The notes: generated by a model not told the origin, from the sequence alone. A stretch of 43,457 nucleotides of DNA from Octopus bimaculoides (GCF_001194135.2 NC_069002.1:21249939-21293395); one strand, 5' to 3'. Positions 1 to 11,278 are shown, counted from the stretch's first letter. Translations and numbers: made by a program.

Positions 1-4
1 TAAC

Positions 5-550
5 ATGAAGAACATTTCACAGATAATATCTGCACACAATATGAGGCTTTTACATCCACTAGAGAGTTCAAACAGTAATATCATTGAACCAAACATTATT
101 AACCTTTACCAAAATAACAATAATAACACTAATAATAATAATATAGGGAACAATATTAATAACACGACACATAATAGTAATAGTCTTAACAACAAAATCA
201 TTATTTCAGAAGTCAATTCCAAAAGAATTAGTTTTTTAAGTGAAAATGTGAGACTCAGAAACACTATCTACCAATGTCAAGTTAGTACTCCTCAAAACAC
301 TCACTTTTACGTAGGTTCTTCCTCTACACATTTATCCACTAGAATTTCTAACCATTTTTCATCCTTTAGAGATAGAAGCAAACGTAATACCACGAACCTT
401 AGCAAACTAATTTGGGATCTTAAAGATAATAACATTAAATTTAAACTAGACTGGCTTATTCTTTCTATTTTTATGCCATATGAAAAGGGTGGAAAATTCT
501 GTGATCTCTGTGTAACAGAATTTCTTTTTATTTTATACATAAATACATAA
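5..550 (+). mobile_element. Penelope-like element (PLE) ORF C-terminal fragment with GIY-YIG endonuclease domain
   Basis: The translation contains the PLE-type motif MKNISQIISAHN, an Asn-rich linker, the GIY-YIG-like pair IYQCQV...FYVGSS, RISNH, T-x-LSKLIWDLK and a terminal C-x2-C (CDLCVTE). The RT would lie upstream, outside the window. Confidence 0.85.
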
Positions 551-554
551 ATAC

Positions 555-1375
555 ATTGATTGTTCCATTAGGTGGTAGCAATTCAAAATGAATTACTCCT
601 TTGCAATCCCATCAGATAGAGAGAAGAAACTTTTTCCCATGAAGTTCTTTTCTCGGTTGTGGTTGAGCTTTTTCCCTTTTACCAAGCCACTGTTTACGAC
701 ATTTAACATTTCGATAGAAGATCCATTTTTCTTCACTAGTCACAAGTCTATTCAAAAAGGGTGAAATGAGTTCACCAGAATGGAGAGAAGAGCATATGTC
801 TACTCGGGATTTTCGGTTGCTTTCGGACATTTCATGAGGCACCCATTTTCCAAGTTTAGGAAGTTTTCCAAGTTGTTGAAAATGACCATGAACAGTTGTA
901 TGATTTGAACTAAGCTTTATTGCCAATTCTTCAACTGATAATGCAGGATTTTCTTCAAGTAGTGCCTCAAGGAGCTTATCATCAAACGCAACTGGACATC
1001 CTGTTTGATCTTCATCTTCAAGGCTGAAATCTCCACTTCTGAATTTTGCAAACCATCTTCTGGAAGTTCTTTCATTCAAGTATTCTTTCCCATAAACTGA
1101 GTGTATGTTTCGAGTTGCATTAGCTGCAGAGTTTCCTTTTTTGTACTCATAAAGCATTATGTACCTTAAATGCTCTTTGGATACTTCCATGTTAGAAAGG
1201 GCTTTAATCAAAGAAATTTTAATTCTATTATTCTGTAAAATTATATTTGATTAGGTTAAATGTACACAAATGCATAAAAGTAATTCTTAATTCCATTAGA
1301 CATTCTAAAATACTATTAAATTTTATTCAATTTAAAAAAGGTAAAATCGGACAGAACTTATGGGATGACCTTATA
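555..1375 (-). mobile_element. Truncated mariner (Tc1/mariner, DD34D-type) DNA transposon: 5' TIR plus N-terminal two-thirds of the transposase
   Basis: ORF 1211->612 has a mariner HTH (EHLRYIMLYEYKKG...RWFAKFRSGDFSLED), WVPHEM (WVPHEL motif) and LVTSEEKW (VTGDEKW with catalytic D->E). The frame continues past TGA 614-612 as *WDCKGVIHFELLPPNGTIN to about 555. A TIR-like end reads TA|TAAGGTCATCCCATAAGTTCTGTCCGA on the minus strand from 1375. No 3' half or second TIR is seen. Confidence 0.9.
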
Positions 1376-2047
1376 ATTTCAAATGTAGTCCACACAGCAT
1401 TTCCTCTCGCCTAGCTTCCAGATTACTTCAGTCTTTATTATAACCAGTAAATATTATAGGTGCCAGAAATTTAGTAGATACGGCATTATTTCCTTTCAGA
1501 AACAGTCAAAAGGCCAGAGAATGTTACTGGGTACCAAATAGCGCATAATCAATTGAACTGATGCACATATATTGCTGGCTCGTTACGATAGCTTTAAATC
1601 AATTTCAACGTTGAGATAAGAGGCAGCGGACAATAAATTCGTAATGTAGATTACGATACTCATTGTGCAACACACACAAATGCATTCACACATGCACACA
1701 TGCACACGCAGACGCACGCACTCGCACATGCACGCAGGCACAAACTCACGCACAAAGTCAAACACACACACATTCATAGGTGTACGAGTACGTGCCTGTG
1801 CTTGTGTATATACACCGTGGGGTTGTTGAGATGAGGTAAAGATACATCAAATAATTTCAGCCCCAGAGAGGGAATTAATTTGATCCATCTCTTCAAGAAT
1901 TTTCTTCGGAGTTTATCTGAAATTCAGAGTAATGCAGTTTGGCTGATCTTATACCGTAGTAGGACATATTTACACACATACACACATCCAAACACACGCA
2001 CATACACACACTCACTCATACAAACACATATATATTTCACACACACT

Positions 2048-2088
<41 letters not shown>

Positions 2089-2474
2089 TTACATTTATAT
2101 ATGTATGTGCGTGTATGTGTGTATTTATTTATATATTGTAAGGAGTCCTTTCTTTAAAACGGACAAGAGAAAAAGCAACTCAACCTTCCCAATAACAATT
2201 ACTACCTGCGGGCTAACTGACAACATAGTTCTGTATTTCTTTCTTTCCACTTTTCTTTCCAATATTATTTTACGATATCTTTTTTACTAGACTATATTTT
2301 TCACGATAAAGTTATTGTATGTGCATGCAACTACAAACACACGTACGCTTTTATGTCCATTTGCCTAAATGTATGTCTGTGTAGTTAGTGAGTGATTGTA
2401 TACCTTATTTCCCAGCATATATAAATATGGTTTATCATTTAAACACACACACACATACACACATATATTTACAA

Positions 2475-2518
<44 letters not shown>

Positions 2519-4630
2519 NNNNNNNNNNNNNNNNNNNNNNNNNNNNNNNNNNNNNNNNNNNNNNNNNNNNNNNNNNNNNNNNNNNNNNNNNNNNNNNNNN
2601 NNNNNNNNNNNNNNNNNNNNNNNNNNNNNNNNNNNNNNNNNNNNNNNNNNNNNNNNNNNNNNNNNNNNNNNNNNNNNNNNNNNNNNNNNNNNNNNNNNNN
2701 NNNNNNNNNNNNNNNNNNNNNNNNNNNNNNNNNNNNNNNNNNNNNNNNNNNNNNNNNNNNNNNNNNNNNNNNNNNNNNNNNNNNNNNNNNNNNNNNNNNN
2801 NNNNNNNNNNNNNNNNNNNNNNNNNNNNNNNNNNNNNNNNNNNNNNNNNNNNNNNNNNNNNNNNNNNNNNNNNNNNNNNNNNNNNNNNNNNNNNNNNNNN
2901 NNNNNNNNNNNNNNNNNNNNNNNNNNNNNNNNNNNNATACCATCCTTCCTCTAACGCTCACGTATTACCGATGACAGAGCGATCACTTTAGGCACAATAT
3001 GTGTAACTAGGGAATATTACAAGCAACATCCCACGGATATTCCTAAATATTAAAGCAAGCCTATCTCCAAACCTATTGGCATCAACTTATGGTGAATTTG
3101 TTTAAGTCATAGATAATGTCCTGCGGTATATTTAGCTTAGTTTGTTATTTGCTTTCTTAAATGTTTTTTTCAACGAAATGTTTATTTTGTCTTGCATACA
3201 TATTCACAATTGTGAGAGTGTACAGGGCATCGGTAAATTATTTACTAAGCAATACATTCGACGTCTACAGCACATTTTGTGTATCCAAAACTGTCAATAG
3301 ATTACTAATTGTATATTTTTCCAATATACTGTGCAAACCAACAATTTATCTAATGCATTGGTCGCCTCTAATCCATTCATATTACGATGTAACAATCATA
3401 GACGTACTTTTGGAAATAATAACCAAACTATGGCAGCCACGAGGGAATTGACATATAGATTTTGAACTTAGAATCGAAAACTCCCGCAAAAGACACTTAA
3501 GAGTATACAAAAAGTACTCGATAATATTTTTTAACGTTGGCCACAGTCTTCGTAAGCATATTAAAGCAATTTGTCCATGCGAATTTAGAAGCCCTACAAT
3601 TATATCCATTTTAGATCATATATTTTCGCTCACTGGGAAAAAAATCTGCATGGATGTATACCCAATTAACTACCATCTAATTTAATTTAAATAATTACTG
3701 TCAAATCTTTATAAATCTACGTACCTTACTGAACAAGTAATTTTCTTTCAAATTACAGAGTTCGTTACACAATTTCACAATTAACTATTCGAATTTAAAC
3801 CTGTAATTTTAGCCACTTTTGTTATCATTCTTACAAACACTGAATCTACAAGCAAAAACCTCATACCATGATCGAGGGCTGATATAACAATCATGTCTCT
3901 TCCAATGATGAGAAAACAATAGGGAAGACATATTTCATAACGGCTATTCAAATTTATAAAGCATCATGGCAAACACACACTTCTTAATCCTGAAAAGCAC
4001 TGAACTAGACTTTAATTAAATCCTTCTGATACGGTAGAATTCTCCTGGCGAAAACACAATTTTGAGATAGCAACATCAGCATCCACATTGTCTCTTCGCT
4101 TCAGTGCCAATATACACAATTGCGCCCAACAATTGTAGAGGCCGACATAGATTTTATAACTTTTACACTTCTTGAATGATGACACCAAAATAACCCCGTT
4201 TTTTGATAAATCTCTCTAACCCTCCTTTGATATACTTTTTACTTTAGAGTTTCTCTTTGTTCCTTTCTTCATTGAGTTTTGAGAAGCCATTTTGAAAAGC
4301 GTACTCACAATGTTCCATTATATACATACACACGTGTGTGTTTATGCATATGTATATATATATATATAGCTAAATAAGTAAATATATAATTTTAGTCTAA
4401 TATATTTTGAATTATTATACTTTTTCAATAAATCTTCTCTATTGGTGTTAATAAGCTACATATACTTTACCATAGTATTAGTAATTAAGCTATTTTATTC
4501 CTTTTCTGCCTTACTTGATTATTTCATTTCATTTCTTCATTCATTTATAATTAGCCTTTATTTATCCATAAAATTAAGCTAATCTTTGTATCTCTATAAA
4601 TTCAGACTTAGCTTATATAAACTAAATATA

Positions 4631-5032
4631 GGCGTCGGATTGGATGTGTGGTAAGTAGCTTGCGTAGAAGACACTTGCCCAAGGTGCTACGCAGTGTCTT
4701 TTACTATAGCCTCGGGCCGACCAAAGCCTTGTGAGTGGATGTGTTAGACGGAAACTAAAAGAAGCCCTTCGTATATAGGTATATATATATATGTATGTGT
4801 GTGTGTTTGTATGTTTGTGTGTCTGTGTTTGTCCCCAACATCGCTTGAGAGCCGACGGTGGTGTGTTTACGTCCCCGTAACTTAGCGGTTCGGTAAAATA
4901 GACCGACCGAATAAGTACTAGGCTTACAAAGAATAAGTCCTGGCGTTGATTTGCTTGACTAAAGGCGGTGCTCCAGCATGACCGCAGTCAAATGACTGAA
5001 ACAAGTAAAAGAGTAAAAGAGAGTAAAAGAGT
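4631..5032 (+). mobile_element. tRNA-derived SINE, family A (Octopus-type), with internal inversion/deletion
   Basis: Matches the other copies (24388, 28779, 10670, 38205): GTGTGGTAAGTAGCTTGC head, GGCCGACCAAAGCCTTGTGAGTGG body, internal (TA/TG)n, and tail GCGGTGCTCCAGCATG...CAGTC-AAAT-GACTGAAACAAGTAAAAGAG. Confidence 0.85.
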
Positions 5033-7906
5033 ATATTGGTATATTCACAACTTATAAAAAAAACTGCTTGGATTATAATTTTATTAATATATAATTAGAA
5101 AGTTCTTTTACCTCAATACTCCTTTATTAATACCAGTATATAGTCAAAACTATCCATAAATTTCTATCCTTTTGTTAATATATTCCTCTTATTAACCCTC
5201 TGAATAGCCATAAACTTTATTTGTATACAATATAGCAAAATTGTTTCAAGACATTTAACTATAGTACTACACGATAAGACTTCTGTTTCATTATCAATGG
5301 TCTGCTAGTGGGCGAACCACCTTAGTTGTCAGCCAACATCTTGTTTTAAGTTTTCCTTTACCAAACCTCATAATTTTTATGACTATACTAACTATGATTT
5401 CTGTCTGCTCTCTCAGCCCTACCCCTAACAGATAATGCCCTTTACTCTTTCAGCTTAGATATACAAGGTTTGATAAACTGGTCTATAAATTAAAACTGAC
5501 TCCAGAGAAACAAATAAAATCAGTGACAGGCAGAGTCTTCTTGATAATTTAGTAACTTCTATGCTGTAGTAGAGGCAACATGTTGTTTGTATATTTCCTT
5601 AACTTCTTGGAGATTTTAAGTATAATTATAGTTATGTGTCTATCTGTTCTACTCTATGTCTTTCTGCCACCGAGGATTGCTCTGCATTTCAAACTGATGT
5701 AATGAATGCATTGTTCAATTAAATGGAGTTGCATGAAACGATCGTACTGCATTACCTTTGGATATAATTGTAGCTTATTTTAATCACCTTACTTTGAAAT
5801 TGTATGGATAATACCGTAGTAAATTCCGGTGCCTCAACTTAAGTACCATATTCATCTGAATCTAAAGTTATATATATNNNNNNNNNNNNNNNNNNNNNNN
5901 NNNNNNNNNNNNNNNNNNNNNNNNNNNNNNNNNNNNNNNNNNNNNNNNNNNNNNNNNNNNNNNNNNNNNNNNNNNNNNNNNNNNNNNNNNNNNNNNNNNN
6001 NNNNNNNNNNNNNNNNNNNNNNNNNNNNNNNNNNNNNNNNNNNNNNNNNNNNNNNNNNNNNNNNNNNNNNNNNNNNNNNNNNNNNNNNNNNNNNNNNNNN
6101 NNNNNNNNNNNNNNNNNNNNNNNNNNNNNNNNNNNNNNNNNNNNNNNNNNNNNNNNNNNNNNNNNNNNNNNNNNNNNNNNNNNNNNNNNNNNNNNNNNNN
6201 NNNNNNNNNNNNNNNNNNNNNNNNNNNNNNNNNNNNNNNNNNNNNNNNNNNNNNNNNNNNNNATATATATATATATATATATAACCCTTCTCTCCTACCC
6301 TGCCAATACTTCTTGCTTTTATCTTGTTTGGTCTTCGTTTTTGGTGGGGGAGATTCTTTCCACTTTTCTTTTTCGCGCTCCCCTCTCTCACATTTCTTGG
6401 TCTTTCCTTCATTCTCACTTTCCCTCCTCTTTTACCTCACTTTCCTTTTTCTTCATCGTCCCTCCCTAATTCTTCTACCCCTCTGACCATACCTCTCTCC
6501 TCTTCTTCCACGTGACCGGTGTTCGGCCAAACCGGACCTTTCTTTCTTGGTTTGACTACCATCCGTGCAGCATCTCTCGTATTTCTTCTCATGACTTTTA
6601 TCTTCTATGTTCCTACTGTAAGGCTTCACTTCCACACACGCCAGTTTAATTTAATTTGTCCTTATTCGAAAGACACCTGCTATCAATGTTCCGTTGTTTG
6701 TATTTGTACTTGTGTACCATTTCTCCGTTTTTTTTCGTCCTTTTTTTATACATTCGCTTGCTTTCTTCCAAGTAATCTTGTGCGCTTAGCTTAGATTTTC
6801 TTGGGGCTGGCGAGACTGGAGCAGTCGTTTTTTCAACAAATTGTATTCAACAAAAACAATATGTAATATAACAAAACCGTCTTTAAATGATTATTCCGGG
6901 GCATATTCACCATCTACTTCAATTACTACTTCCCATTTGCTTGGCACGCGGTCAGATTGTTATTTAAAGATGTTTTTCTTAAATATTGTTATTGGTTTTG
7001 TTGAATAACATTTTTTGAAAAAAAAAGCTGCAAAGATTATGCACCAACCCAATATATCTGGGTGGTTTCCCGTTTCGCGAGCGAAAGTTTACGGAGTGGG
7101 CTATGCTTATGTGTTGAAGATTTGCCAGTGCCCAACGTGTCTGATATATATACAGAGAAAGATTGGTAAATCGATAGATAATTAGGTGGATGTACATTTT
7201 GAGTCTTATGTTCCAGGCAAGAAATAATTGAATTTCTCAAACATATTTAAAGACTACAAACGTTAACTCAAGCGTCAGCCTGTAATTATTCGTTCATTTG
7301 TGATGTTACTATTTATAAAGGAAGTTCATTAAGCGAAGAGGCAAGCTGTCAGCTATCCATTCTACCGAGGGTACGTATTTTTGCACCCGGCTGTGGAGTT
7401 TCAAATAGACATTACAACGTGGGTTTGCGTTTCTGTCCATATGGACTCCTCTTTCAGCCAATATAATACTCTAGATATATATAATTACTCCTGAAGAGAA
7501 TACAACTGCATCTCTGTGATGTGTTTGCCAGATTAAATATACATATTTTTACCTAATATTAAGTTATTCGTCTTGAAAACATATCGAATTCTCAGAGTTA
7601 GCGCAACTAATATATGCATCTATTAAAAGTTACGCATTGGGAGTAACTTCTCATTTACCAGGTTTTTCAAAAACGGCTACATATAATATTCTGCAAGTAT
7701 ATTTCACGTGATCTTACTGACCATGAGATTGAAATTTTCAATAATCGTTATTCAACGAAGATCTATATCTAAGGTGTTCGATTAGATATTTACTTAGCAA
7801 GCAAGAAGCTAGCTACTTACGTATATTATAATACTTAATTCTTTTCACACAGGCACAAAAACACACATAGGCGCACGCACACACACACACACACACACAT
7901 ACACAC

Positions 7907-7968
<62 letters not shown>

Positions 7969-8104
7969 GCACACCTACATACATGTATGAAATGCGTAAT
8001 GTCGGTCAACCATTCCCTCGTGGTCACAAGGTTTAACAGCCCCCTATTGTTTATTGTGCGTTGCATCATTTTGTGCGCTTATGTCTAAGAAAGTACATCA
8101 TGTT

Positions 8105-8156
8105 GCTGTTGTTTTTGTTTTTGTAAGTGGTGGTGGTGGTTCTGCTACTGCCGTTT

Positions 8157-8193
<37 letters not shown>

Positions 8194-8300
8194 CGATGAT
8201 GATGTTGATGATGATGATGATGATGACGACGATGATGATGACGACGATGATGATGACGATGATTATGACGACGATGGCGACGATGATGATAATGATGATA

Positions 8301-8383
<83 letters not shown>

Positions 8384-8420
8384 AATAATATCGATTACGA
8401 TGATGTTGTTGATGCTGTTG
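8105..8420. repeat. Compound (GTT)n/(GAT)n/(GAC)n trinucleotide microsatellite
   Basis: Directly visible; it generates the poly-V/D/M/H ORFs in the track. Confidence 0.95.
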
Positions 8421-8874
8421 GTATGCGTTGAGATTGTCGGCCATGTTTCCTTTGGCTCTTCTATACCGTAGATGATTAAAAGATGAAACTACTTGAAAAA
8501 AGAAAATGTTTTAATGCAGTGTCTCTAAATAGGAAATAAGGTAGTATAATTGTTTGCATTATTTGTTTCCCACTTTCGTGGGGGAAAATTACTTCTAATT
8601 TACGAAAGAAAATTGTTTCTTTTCTACTACTTGTAAACAAGTACATCGGCAGTGCGTGTAGAAACGCCCCCGCAAAGTAGTCGAACGAAAACACTTTTCT
8701 CCAAACAAGAGTAAACCGAAAATAAAAGCAGATACTAATTTCGGTTCTCAGCAGAATTCATTTATTTCACAACAACATTTATTTCGCAGCAACAATAATA
8801 CATCCGCAGGTGTTCTATAGACTTCTTGCTTTCGTTTGAATTAATTACATTGATATTTTGGTGCGAATTTTCAG

Positions 8875-8913
8875 GTAGTGAAAAATATTTACTGTGCAGA
8901 TCCGTGCAACAAG
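8875..8913 (+). other. Candidate 39-nt micro-exon (possible upstream exon of the RGS locus)
   Basis: Acceptor ...gcgaattttcAG (8873-8874) and donor aag|GTAAGG (8914). In phase 0 it reads VVKNIYCADPCNK with no stop, which is phase-compatible with the putative acceptor at 9360-9361. Confidence 0.35.
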
Positions 8914-9061
8914 GTAAGGTATATCAACGGCTTATCAAACAGCGTGAAAAAATGAATACGTTGTGCACCACGCAAGAATCATCGGGTTTTTTTCATTTTC
9001 CTAGTAAGTATAGTACAATTATAATTGCCAGTTGTTGATTAGGAAACCATATAATATTAGT

Positions 9062-9258
9062 TACAAATTTATGGCACAAGGCCATCAAGCTGAGGGGAGG
9101 GGCTAAATCGACTAGATCGAACCCCACTGCTCGACTGGTACATATTTTATCGAGCCCGAGAGGATTGAAGGCGAAGTCGACAACGCCGGAATTTGAACTC
9201 AGAACCTAAAGAGTTACCGCTAAGCATTCTACATCCTAATGATAGATAACTTGTCGCC
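9062..9258 (-). mobile_element. tRNA-derived SINE, family B (degenerate)
   Basis: The reverse complement contains ATGCTTAGCGG, TTCTGAGTTCAAATTCCGGCGTTGTCGACTTCGCCTTCAATCC, GTACCAGTCGAGCAGTGGGGTTCGAT and the tail GGCCTTGTGCCATAAATTTG, homologous to copies at 10694 and 35995. Confidence 0.75.
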
Positions 9259-9321
9259 ATGTATTCTTCCCGGCGTGCAAAGATTCTGCAGTTATCCCTC
9301 GAGCAGTAATCCCTCGAACTG

Positions 9322-9408
9322 AACATTTCTGACCAATTAACCAGTTCCGTCTTCTTGCTAGAACAACAGTAGCAAGAAGACGGAAATGGTTAATTGGTCA
9401 GAAATGTT
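9322..9408. repeat. Inverted repeat / stem-loop: 39-bp arms (38/39 paired), 9-nt loop
   Basis: Arm 1 (9322-9360) is AACATTTCTGACCAATTAACCAGTTCCGTCTTCTTGCTA, the loop (9361-9369) is GAACAACAG, and arm 2 (9370-9408) is TAGCAAGAAGACGGAAATGGTTAATTGGTCAGAAATGTT. The single mismatch is G9344/A9386. Confidence 0.97.
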
Positions 9409-9873
9409 AAATTTCAAATTTATAAAAAAAGACAGAGAAAATGAGCCACAAAATACATCAGACCATGGACAAGAAAACCCAAATGAAGCTAAAAACAAAT
9501 ACAATAAATGGGGAGAGTCCTTTGTAAGCATGATAAATGATGATGAAGGTTTCAGTATATTTCGAGAATACCTTCTCAATACTGTGATGAAAACTTAGAT
9601 TTCTGGAAAGCAGTTGAATACTTCCGAATCGAACCTGATGACACCCAAATTCGTGCCCGGGTTGGTGCCATTTATAAAAGATTCATCATGTAGGGAGCAC
9701 CACGTTGTATAAATTTGCGCTCAAAAAGTCGTGAAAAACTTGGTGAACAGCTGAAAGGCCCAATTACCCGATTTTTATTCGATGAAATGCAGAAAAAAAC
9801 TTTAGAAGTCATGCAAAGGGACCCTTAACAGAGGTTCTTGAGATCGGAGTATTATCGAAACTTATGTACATAG
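9386..9873 (+). pseudogene. Regulator of G-protein signalling (RGS-box) pseudogene, small RGS-type
   Basis: Frame 1 reads MVNWSEM...EAKNKYNKWGESFVSMINDDEGFSIFREYL. After a frameshift at 9575-9576, frame 2 reads QYCDENLDFWKAVEYFRIEPDDTQIRARVGAIYKRFIM*GAPRCINLRSKSREKLGEQLKGPITRFLFDEMQKKTLEVMQRDP*QRFLRSEYYRNLCT*. This has the RGS hallmarks W-x-ESF, F-x-EYL, ENLDFW, IY-x2-FI...AP-x2-INL, FDE-x-Q and D-x3-RFL-x-S. In-frame stops are TAG 9691-9693 and TAA 9826-9828; the terminal stop is 9871-9873. Confidence 0.9.
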
Positions 9874-10044
9874 ATTCATATGAAGATGGTTGGAGGGGAG
9901 GGGGGCCTTACTACTGCCACCACAACTGCCATTGTCATCACCACTGTTAACACTACCATCATTACTAGCACCACTAGTTACTATCACTACAACTATTGCC
10001 TCCAACACAAACACTAACACTATAAACCAACAAATGAGCCTCTA

Positions 10045-10066
10045 TATTATTATAATTATAATTATA

Positions 10067-10117
<51 letters not shown>

Positions 10118-10209
10118 TTATGTTTGACTTTTGTTTTGCATTTGTACAAGTTGGATCCAAGTCTCACCCAGAGACCTCAAGAGACAACAAGTTATTATTA
10201 TTATTATTA

Positions 10210-10290
<81 letters not shown>
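10045..10290. repeat. Two (ATT)n microsatellite tracts
   Basis: Directly visible at about 10045-10118 and 10190-10290. Confidence 0.95.
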
Positions 10291-10669
10291 CTTCTAAATT
10301 ACTGATCGTTTATCTCAATGCCTGCTGAAGAAAAAAATTATCTTTCTTCGACATATCCTTACTTCAGCTTTTTATATTCATCACAACATGGTTTCTCGAT
10401 GCAGGAGTGCCTGGAACACCAACAAGGAATATCATAATGAACATAACAAAACACTTTGCAACTGATAACACAAAACAAAACAAAAAAACTAAATTCAACA
10501 AAGCATCAATATATAGAAGTAATTGAACGCATTTCTAACAAGTGACAACATTAATGTAGACGATTCCAAAGAAGGTACCGTCAACTCCTGCCACAAATGT
10601 TCACCTTACAACAAGAGTTACAGAAAATATTTATTATTGCACAGTTTCTGAAGAAAAATCATGGACATA

Positions 10670-11278
10670 GGAGCAGGTGTAGCTGTGTGGTAAGGCGACG
10701 AGTTGGCAGAAACGTTAGCACGCCGGGCGAAATGCTTAGCGGTATTTCGTCTGCCGTTACGTTCTGAGTTCAAATTCCACCGAGGTCGACTTTGCCTTTC
10801 ATCCTTTCAGAGTCGATAAAGTAAGTACCAGTTACGCACTGGGTCACTGTAATCGACTTAATTCCTTTGTCTGTCCTTGTTTGTCCCCTCTATGTGGGCA
10901 ATAAAGAAATAAGAAGCTTGCTTTCCAACCACATGGCTCAGGGCTCACTCACTGCGTGGCGCCTTGGGCAACTGTCTTCTACTACACTCTCAGGCCGACC
11001 AAAGCCTTGTGAATGGATTTAGTAGTCGGAAGCTGAAAGGGGCCCTTCATGTATACATTTATGTATATATATTTATGTGTGTGTGTTTTGACAACCGATA
11101 TTGGTGTGTTTATATCCCCGAAACCTAGTGGATCGCTAAAAGAAAGCGTGCGATAGAATAAGTAATAGGCTTACAAAGCGTAAGTCCTGGGATCGATTTC
11201 TTCGATTAAAAAGCGGTGCTCCAGTATGGCCGCAGTCAAATGACTGAAACGTATAAAAGATGGAAATAATAAAAGAGT
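10670..11278 (+). mobile_element. SINE family A copy interrupted by a nested SINE family B
   Basis: The head GGAGCAGGTGTAGCTGTGTGGTAAG (10670-10694) resumes at 10914 as AAGCTTGCTTTCCAACCACATGG and runs to the CAGTC-AAAT-GACTG tail at about 11235-11250. Confidence 0.85.
10694..10913 (+). mobile_element. tRNA-derived SINE family B nested in family A
   Basis: GGCGACGAGTTGGCAGAAACGTTAGCACGCCGGGCGAAATGCTTAGCGG...GAGTTCAAATTCC (B-box-like)...GTCGATAAAGTAAGTACCAG..., bounded by TAAG at 10691-10694 and 10910-10913. Confidence 0.85.

Noticed and set aside
3100-4300. Possible decayed DNA-transposon coding sequence on the minus strand
   Set aside because: Multiple stops in all frames, and no diagnostic motif or TIR identified.
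6807-6831. Hammerhead-like CTGGCGA-GACTG-GAG-CAGTC-GTTTT
   Set aside because: It has a stem II but lacks both an intact CUGA and the GAAA box. At most it is a dead remnant in an unidentified repeat (6285-6830).
9691-9828. Idea that A-to-I editing (UAG/UAA -> UGG) rescues the RGS stop codons
   Set aside because: Editing cannot repair the frameshift at 9575-9576, and Trp is not the residue expected at either position (Q/E and Y).
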